A DNA stretch of 64,000 bases from an uncultured bacterium (GTDB taxonomy: Bacteria > Chloroflexota > UBA5177 > JANWHV01): positions 32,001 through 96,000 of the forward strand of contig CAVSOU010000005.1 in assembly GCA_963729625.1 (NCBI GenBank). The letters are read 5' to 3'. Position 1 is the first letter of the stretch. Each line of letters starts with the position of its first letter. This document shows positions 57,629 to 64,000 of this stretch, piece by piece. The notes beneath the pieces are model-generated. The model was not told the origin of the DNA. It was given only the letters and a program-made list of their open reading frames with translations, and ran no database searches. The position numbers and the translations under genes are program-made.

Positions 57629-58987
57629 TCAAGCAAAGCTGATCAACACAACTACGCCGGTACGATCTGCTGTCCGCTGATAGGCATCCACAGTCTGCTC
57701 AAGCGAATACGTATGCGTGATCATCGATTTCACGTCGTAAGCGCCGGTCTCGATGTAGCGCACGAAGCGCGGTATGTCCCTGAGGGGTACGGCACCGCCG
57801 AAAGTCGAAGGGTGGTGCGTCCTGTTCATAACAGCCCACATGCCGGGGTTTGAAAAGACCAGATCGCCATGCTGCCCTGCACCCAGTGTGATGAAGTCTC
57901 CCCCGGGAACACATGCCTCCCACGCCTGGCGTAACGAGGTAACGCCAGAAGGATCAGGCCCAGCTGGCACCTTGGGCGGGAGTCGATCGCCCCCCACTGC
58001 TTCGATGACAAGCTCGCCGCCGGCGGTCGCAAACGACGGACCTCCTCCGGCAAAGGTTCTCGACGAATAACCGGTACAAATCGACTTGATGCTGGCAATG
58101 AGGTTATTTCCCTCTGAGTTTGGATCCAGCACATGTGTAGCACCCAGTTTCAATGCCAGATCCCGGCGGTGTTTCGCGGGTTCCACAACCACAATTCTGG
58201 AGGCACCGCGAATCCTCGCTCCCTGTACTGCACTGAGCCCCACCAGCCCTGCGCCCAAGACGACGATGTTTGAACCCGGAAGCACCGGCACGAAACAAGC
58301 TGCCGCTGCAAGTCCAACCGTGCCGCCACTGATAAGTACCGCAAGCTCTTGGGATGAAACGCTGGAACTTACCGGGTGCACAGAATACTCATAGGGCACC
58401 ATAATCTCTGAGGTGCCGCCAACGTTCGCTGTCTGATAAATCTTCTCGCCACTCCTTGTCTCTGCAATCGGTACAAGTGGTTCAAAGAACGCATTGCAAA
58501 AGTCTGCTCGCCCCTTTACGCAGGCGCTACACACGCCGCAATGCGGGTTGAACGCGACGATGACACGATCGCCAACCTTCGCGCGCGTGACAGCCGATCC
58601 CACGGCCTCGACAATACCAACGCCGCCGTGCCCGACGATCGTTGGCAGCTCAGGAAAATCCGGGGGCTCCAGCCCAAGCATGACCCCGGCGAGCGTATAC
58701 GTACAGAGCGTCGCCTCCGTTCTAACAACTAATTGCTTCTCAGCGATGGGTCGCAGCGTCAGTTCTTCTATTGAGCTGCGCGTACCACGATGAACCTGTG
58801 CTCGGAATTTTCGGGCGGGAGTGGAGGCCGCTCGTGGTTCGGCCGCAGATGCCGTTGCTCCTAGGGCAGCGCCGCCAATCATTGCCCCTGCGCCAACCAA
58901 CGCATTTCGCCTTGAATAGATTGGCTTTGATGAGTCGTCGCTGTCGATCATCCCCGGCGTGCTATCGGAGGTGTTCATAATCCCCAC
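57629..58987 (-). CDS. Tat-signal zinc-binding alcohol dehydrogenase (MDR family)
   Basis: SRRNAL signal; GHGGVG, CGVCSAC..FC structural Zn, GAGLVG. Confidence 0.85.
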   Translation of the reverse strand: MGIMNTSDSTPGMIDSDDSSKPIYSRRNALVGAGAMIGGAALGATASAAEPRAASTPARKFRAQVHRGTRSSIEELTLRPIAEKQLVVRTEATLCTYTLAGVMLGLEPPDFPELPTIVGHGGVGIVEAVGSAVTRAKVGDRVIVAFNPHCGVCSACVKGRADFCNAFFEPLVPIAETRSGEKIYQTANVGGTSEIMVPYEYSVHPVSSSVSSQELAVLISGGTVGLAAAACFVPVLPGSNIVVLGAGLVGLSAVQGARIRGASRIVVVEPAKHRRDLALKLGATHVLDPNSEGNNLIASIKSICTGYSSRTFAGGGPSFATAGGELVIEAVGGDRLPPKVPAGPDPSGVTSLRQAWEACVPGGDFITLGAGQHGDLVFSNPGMWAVMNRTHHPSTFGGAVPLRDIPRFVRYIETGAYDVKSMITHTYSLEQTVDAYQRTADRTGVVVLISFA

Positions 58988-59439
58988 TACCTTGGTACTT
59001 GGTACCCACTTCTCGCCCTAACGAAATCATGTAGCTCCCAATGCCCGTCTATGGCACAGGAATAGGCGGATAGTACTTTCAGTCGGCCATGATTGGCCAC
59101 GATTGCGCGACAGACCGCCTCGCGAGCACCTCGCGCGTGCCGGCCGGACGCCCGATCAGGATATCGCCAGCGCAGCCGCCAGCCTCTGATCAGCCTGTCA
59201 GCCCCAGCTGGGCTGGGCCAGTTGACCTATGACTGCCTCTCCACTCCGGCCCCCGTCAGCCCGTCACCGGGCGCAGCCCGTCCCGACCCGCTGCCGTGAT
59301 GGCGCAGGATCGGCTCTCGATCCGATTGCCGAAGCCCCACCCTGGCCGCACAGCAACGCCCACGGCAGCGGCGGCGCCCGCGCTGCTTGGGGCGCCAGTT
59401 CCGGCTCCTGGGCACCGGTGGTGCGATCCGGACGCACCA

Positions 59440-59790
59440 GGATGCCAGCGATGACCGCCGGCTCTACCTTCGCGCCGGGCCTGTCATATACCGCGTGCAC
59501 CACAAGTTCGCACACACCGATGTGGCGGTGTCGGCCGGCGTGCAGTACAGGGTGCGCAGTGACCTGGGCGCCAGCGGCGTGATGTTCACGCTCGACACCG
59601 ACTCGGACTTCCGCGACGTGGTGTTCATCGCCAGTTCGTACGGCCTCGGCGAGACCGTCGTGCAGGGCGCGGTGAACCCGGACGAGTACTACTTGCACAA
59701 AGCCGGCCTCGCGGCCGACCAGCGCTGTGTGCTGCAGCGGAACCTCGGCGCCAAGGCCATCAAGATGATCTATGCCGAGGGTGGCAGCGA
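59440..59790 (+). pseudogene. ppsA: internal fragment of phosphoenolpyruvate synthase
   Basis: [38 protein letters not shown]. Confidence 0.75.
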
Positions 59791-59901
59791 CAACGGGGCA
59801 GCGGCACGCGGGTCCGTCCATCCTACAAGAACGTTGCCGCATCGCATGCAATGGCCGCACCCCATAGTCGGTACCGTGTATCCCATGGCTCACAGTACCC
59901 C

Positions 59902-60210
59902 ATGCGTCAGATCATCCGGTCTGGAACGTTTGGTCTCTGGTTAGCCGGTCTTCGTGATCGCAATGCTAGAACGCGGGTCATGGTGCGCGTGGACTGGCTG
60001 GCCGGCGGCAATGCGGGCGACGTGAAGCCGGTAGGCGCTGGTGTCAGCGAACTGCGCATCGACTGCGGCCCAGGTTACCGCGCGTATTTCTTCCAGAGGG
60101 GCGACGTGCTTGTGGTGCTGCTTTGCGGTGGCGACAAGCGCACCCAGGTGGCCGATATCAAGCAGGGGCGATCCAGTTGGCCGCACAGTGGCAGGAGCAG
60201 AATCATGGCA
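59902..60210 (+). CDS. RelE/ParE-family addiction-module toxin (frameshift near 3' end)
   Basis: [37 protein letters not shown]. Confidence 0.85.
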
Positions 60211-60505
60211 AAAGCCAAGCGCGAGAAGTACGCTTCTTACGACAGCGCGGACTGCCTTCGCGCCAAGTAAGGACGTTGCCGCTTATCTCAGGGTCTGCAT
60301 GGAAGATGCGGGCGATGATCCCGCCTTCATCGTCCAGGCACTTGGTACGGTGGCACGCGCCAAAGGCATGCCGAGCCTTGCCAAGAAGACGGGACTCACG
60401 CGAGAGGGCCTGTACAAGGCGCTAAGCAAAGGCGGCAATCCAAGCTTCGGCACCGCGTTTCGAGTCATCCACGCCAAGGGCCTGAGGATGGAATTGGCAC
60501 GCTAG
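60205..60505 (+). CDS. addiction-module antidote (HTH antitoxin), frameshifted
   Basis: YDSAD, ALGTVARAKGM..LA..GLTREGLYKALS..GNPSF. Confidence 0.85.
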
Positions 60506-60551
60506 ATTCGGGTCATTAATTCGGCCGACAACGACGGAACTCTCGCACTTC

Positions 60552-60715
60552 GTCCGGAGTAGTCCGACATGGCCCGGCAAGCGGCAACGACGTCCAACCA
60601 AATCTAGCCCTTTCGTTGTAGCTGGATCAATAGCTAGATTGGAGCAGCCCTACTTTTCGCAGCCACTTCAATTGGTTAGGAAGGCGGGGAGGAGTTGGTG
60701 CAGAACATCGAATGA
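60552..60715 (+). repeat. att junction 5 (arm + VQNIE*-coding core) preceding the integrase
   Basis: Core GGTGCAGAACATCGAATGA 60697-60715; arm repeats at 60617 and 60629, and 60848 and 60860. Confidence 0.8.
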
Positions 60716-60890
60716 CTTCCGCAGTCATCCGAGAGCTTCCAGAGAAGTTGCCGTAAACCCCATGAGTTTCTGTCTGTTTTGACCAGATTCATCCACTAGG
60801 GCCCAACCCCCTCTGGGCTACATTCGCAGCGAGGCAGGTAGCCGACCTGTAGCTAATTCTGTAGCTACCATTCGACGAGAAGGGGGCGCA

Positions 60891-62148
60891 ATGGCACGCG
60901 CGAAACTCACGGCGCTGAGCGTCGAGCGGGCTCACCGGTCCGGCGAGCCGCTGCTGCTCAGCGACGGTGATGGCCTCTACCTGCGTAAGCAGACCCGCGA
61001 TGGCGCCTCGTGGACGCTCCGCTATCACTACGCGGGCAAGGAGCATTGGCTCACGCTCGGCAACTATCCCGACATGCCGCTTTGCACAGGCGCGCATAGG
61101 CGCGCCAGGCGCGCGTGCTGCTCGCCAAGCAGCAGAATCCACTGGCCGTCCGGCGCAGCGCTCTGACTAAGGAACGCCAGAAAGGGTCGTTCAAGACGCT
61201 CTGCGAGGATTGGTATCGCGCCGAAGTCCAGGCGCGCGGCCTCAAGCACCCCACCGTCCCGCGCCGCTATCTCGACAGGTACCTGCTGCCGAAGTTCGGT
61301 CGATTCCCTGCCAGCGACATCACGCCCGCGGATGTCGCCTGCCTGTTGGACGAGATCAAGGAGCGCGCCCCGACCGCTGCGAATGATCTCCTGCGCTTCA
61401 CTCGGCGGATTTTCGCGTTCGGCGTGCGTCTTCGTTTCGTGCCGAGCAGCCCTGCGACCGATTTCTCGCCTCGACTGGATGCCGGCGGCACGGAACGGCC
61501 GCGCAGCCGCGCGTTGAGCACCGAAGAACTCGCACGACTCTTCAAAAAGATCCGCGAGACCCCGAGCTTCGGCGAGGACAACTTGCTCGCGATCAAGCTG
61601 CTGCTGGCACTGTGTGTACGCAAGGGCGAACTGCTGGGCGCAGGTGGACTGAGTTCGATCTCAACGGCAAAACTCCCCTCGGCGCTGTCTGGCACTTGCG
61701 TGGCCCGCGGACCAAAACGGGTGAGAGTCTCGACATACCGTTGACGCCGGCGGTGATCGAATGGGTCACCGCCTTGCACACGCTCACGGCGGGCAGCGAC
61801 TACACCTTCCCGAAGCGCTGCCGTGGTCCGCGGGAGCGGGTACCGCACGTCGGTATCGATACCCTGAACGTGGCGTTGCAGCGCGTGAAGCACGAATTAC
61901 CGCACTTCACACTCCACGATCTCCGGCGTACAGCGCGCACGCACCTCGCAGCATTGGGCGTGCGGCGCGAAGTTGCAGAGCGCTGTCTCGGCCACAAGCT
62001 CCGCGGGGTTGAGCGGACCTACGATCGTCACGATTACTTCAAGGAGCACCGCGTGGCGCTGGAGCAGTGATCCACGCTGATCCGCCAGGCTGAGAGCGGC
62101 GAACGGAAGGTCGTGCCCCTTCGCGCCAAGAACATTCGGGAAAATTAA
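60891..62148 (+). pseudogene. P4-like tyrosine integrase (Arm-DNA-binding type), frameshifts plus TGA at 62068-62070
   Basis: SDGDGLYL, LTLGNYP, R(KGEL), KT, HDLRRTART, ERCLGH, Y(DRHDY). Confidence 0.9.
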
Positions 62149-62798
62149 GGTCGTTGCATCCGTCGAAACTGTTCAACCAGCAAAGGCATGTCTGTGTCCG
62201 GAGCGATGCCGCCGCTGGCCCTCAATTCCGCTTTCAACTGCTGCACTCTCTGGCACGAAAGATCGAGTTGCGCTGCCGTCTTGCAGAAAATGTCGCGATC
62301 GCTCTTTCGATAGTCGGGCAGATGGGCGCGGAGCGCTTGCTGCACCTCGGCCGCGTTCTGGAACGGACGCGCCGAGTACTCGAAGTGGAGCAGCAGCCAG
62401 AACTCAATACTCGGGCAACTGGCGATGATCTGCACTTGCGTGGTGGTACCGGCGGCGTTTCGCAGCGGGCGAGCGGCCAGCGCCCGCGCGGCGACCAGAT
62501 GATGCGAGTCGCCATCGCAGACCACGTAGACCAGATCGTAGTCGCGGTCGCTCTTGAATAGCTTTTGCGCTTTGCGAACGAGTCCGACCGGATCGGTCAC
62601 CGAGTCACCGGCCTCGATGTGAACGGCGGCGGCGTTGATTCGCAGGTGATCGCGCAATCCGTCGATATAATTCGGCTCCGTTTCGCGGCCTTCGCAGACT
62701 ACCAATATCGCGGGCAACCCACGGCGCGACGCTTTCTGACGCGCAAGGCGACGCTGCTCCTTGCGCATCTGCCGGTGCTTGGGCTGATTGTCGCGCAT
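62145..62798 (-). CDS. RloB-family TOPRIM-like protein
   Basis: ILVVCEGRETEPNY, VVCDGD, SCPSIEFWLLLHF. Confidence 0.88.
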   Translation of the reverse strand: MRDNQPKHRQMRKEQRRLARQKASRRGLPAILVVCEGRETEPNYIDGLRDHLRINAAAVHIEAGDSVTDPVGLVRKAQKLFKSDRDYDLVYVVCDGDSHHLVAARALAARPLRNAAGTTTQVQIIASCPSIEFWLLLHFEYSARPFQNAAEVQQALRAHLPDYRKSDRDIFCKTAAQLDLSCQRVQQLKAELRASGGIAPDTDMPLLVEQFRRMQRP

Positions 62799-62802
62799 CG
62801 CT

Positions 62803-64000
62803 TCAATGCAGGTGGGTTCGCGAGATGAAGGGCACGCCGCCGTACCGCGCGCGCAGGTACCCCTTCTCGAGCGCCTCGCCCTTGCGCGGACTGAAGGCGG
62901 TCAGAGGATAGAGTCGGCTTGCCTGGCGTTCGTCCTTGTCCACGAACCACACCTGATCACGCCGCAGCAGGTCCGTGTCCAGCAGCGACGTGTCATGAGT
63001 CGTCATCCACAGCTGCGCACCGTGCTTCGAAACCTCCGGATTGTGGAACAGGCTCAGCACGAATCGGACGACCATCGGATGCAGGCTCGAGTCGAATTCA
63101 TCGACGACCAGGAGCTTGCCGCTTTCCAGAACATCGAGGATCGGGCCGATGTAGGACAGCAGCCGCTGGGTACCCGCCGATTCGAATCGACCATCGAATG
63201 CGACTGCGTCCTCGCCTTCGAGCTTGTGAACAAACTTCACGATGGGGAGCTCCTGTGCGCTTGTCGATAGTTCAGGCGCCTTGCCGGGCTCCAGCTTGAA
63301 GGCCACCTGATGACCCGGAACATTCTCCACTTGGATGTCCGCGATGTGCAGATCTGCCGAGCGCAATAGACTCAGGGCCCGGGCCTTGAAGGCTGGGTCA
63401 TCCATGCGCTGCAGTGTCTGGCCGAATGCCCAGCGCGCCAGCCCAGTTCACGATGACGAGGCCATCCATAAACCAGTTCCAAAGCGGCTTGAGCTGCTCG
63501 TTGTTGAGCTGAATGGCTGTGGTCAGGAACAGTGCGCCCGGCCTCGTGGCCTGCCGCCAGGTTTCCTTCGACCCGGTGAAGTAACTCGAGAAGGGGGCCC
63601 ACTCGTGCTCGCCCTTCGCATCATTCCAGCGGCGCTCGAACCAGGACTGACCCTTCCCGGTCTTGTAGACGATCAGCCACTCGTCACGAATCCGCTGCGC
63701 GTCATAGGAGAAGCCGTACTGGTAACGCGTGCCGTCGAGCAGAACCACGATCTCGAACTCCGTGGGATCCCCCGCGCTGCTGCGCTCAAGGCGATAGGGG
63801 GTGTACTGCTCGGCACGCGCGGCATCGAGCATCGACGTGGAATGCAGCACGAGGTTGCGCATGGTCACGAGGGCAAAGATCAGGTTGCTCTTGCCGCTGG
63901 CATTGGCGCCATAAACGACACCCGCCCGGTTCAGCCTTGGCACGCTTCGAACGCCGGTCTCAATGGTGTGCGTCGCAAGGTGTGAGCGGTCCGTACTCGA
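62803..64000 (-). CDS. AAA_21/RloA-type ATPase, frameshifted near 63400, 5'-truncated by window edge
   Basis: YGANASGKSN, ESAGTQ, LVVDEFDSSLHP, QLWMTTHD, LRRDQVWF, GYL.ARYGGVP. Confidence 0.88.

Noticed and set aside
38479-60715. Classical integron
   Set aside because: No attC-like hairpins recognised, and the integrase is P4/Arm-binding type rather than IntI.
1-64000. tRNA or rRNA genes
   Set aside because: None recognised by eye; a covariance-model scan would be needed to exclude small ncRNAs.

Overview
High-GC proteobacterial chromosome segment. A Gammaproteobacterium, possibly Steroidobacteraceae-like, is my inference from gene order and protein style. It has three parts. (1) 1-31 kb is a Wzx/Wzy-type exopolysaccharide locus resembling XrtA/PEP-CTERM-associated EPS clusters (wza, chain-length determinant, tyrosine kinase, OM beta-barrel, flippase, many glycosyltransferases, O-antigen-ligase-like protein). 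It also carries an NRPS-type A-T module, two atypical alpha/beta hydrolases, decayed tailoring genes and a nest of IS3/IS66 remnants. (2) 32-38.5 kb is an intact housekeeping block (gltA, rpmE, hemW, rdgB, rph, PP2C phosphatase, yicC) with a DnaA-box/IHF cluster between rpmE and hemW. (3) 38.5-64 kb is a tandem array of elements at the 3' end of yicC. The yicC terminus (VQNLE/VQNIE-coding core) recurs five times (38457, 40061, 41884, 57391, 60697), and most downstream copies are preceded by 12-bp-period TGTAGCT arm-like repeats. These sites delimit two small integrase-less TA-bearing cassettes, a 15.5 kb periplasmic/catabolic cassette, a 3.3 kb cassette, and an island with a disrupted P4-type integrase plus an RloB/AAA-ATPase pair. 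The 15.5 kb cassette encodes a TonB receptor, an intact and a degenerate MBL-fold protein, four paralogous uncharacterised secreted proteins and an amidohydrolase-tannase fusion. Many accessory genes are frameshifted, partly likely from long-read indel errors, so boundaries are approximate.
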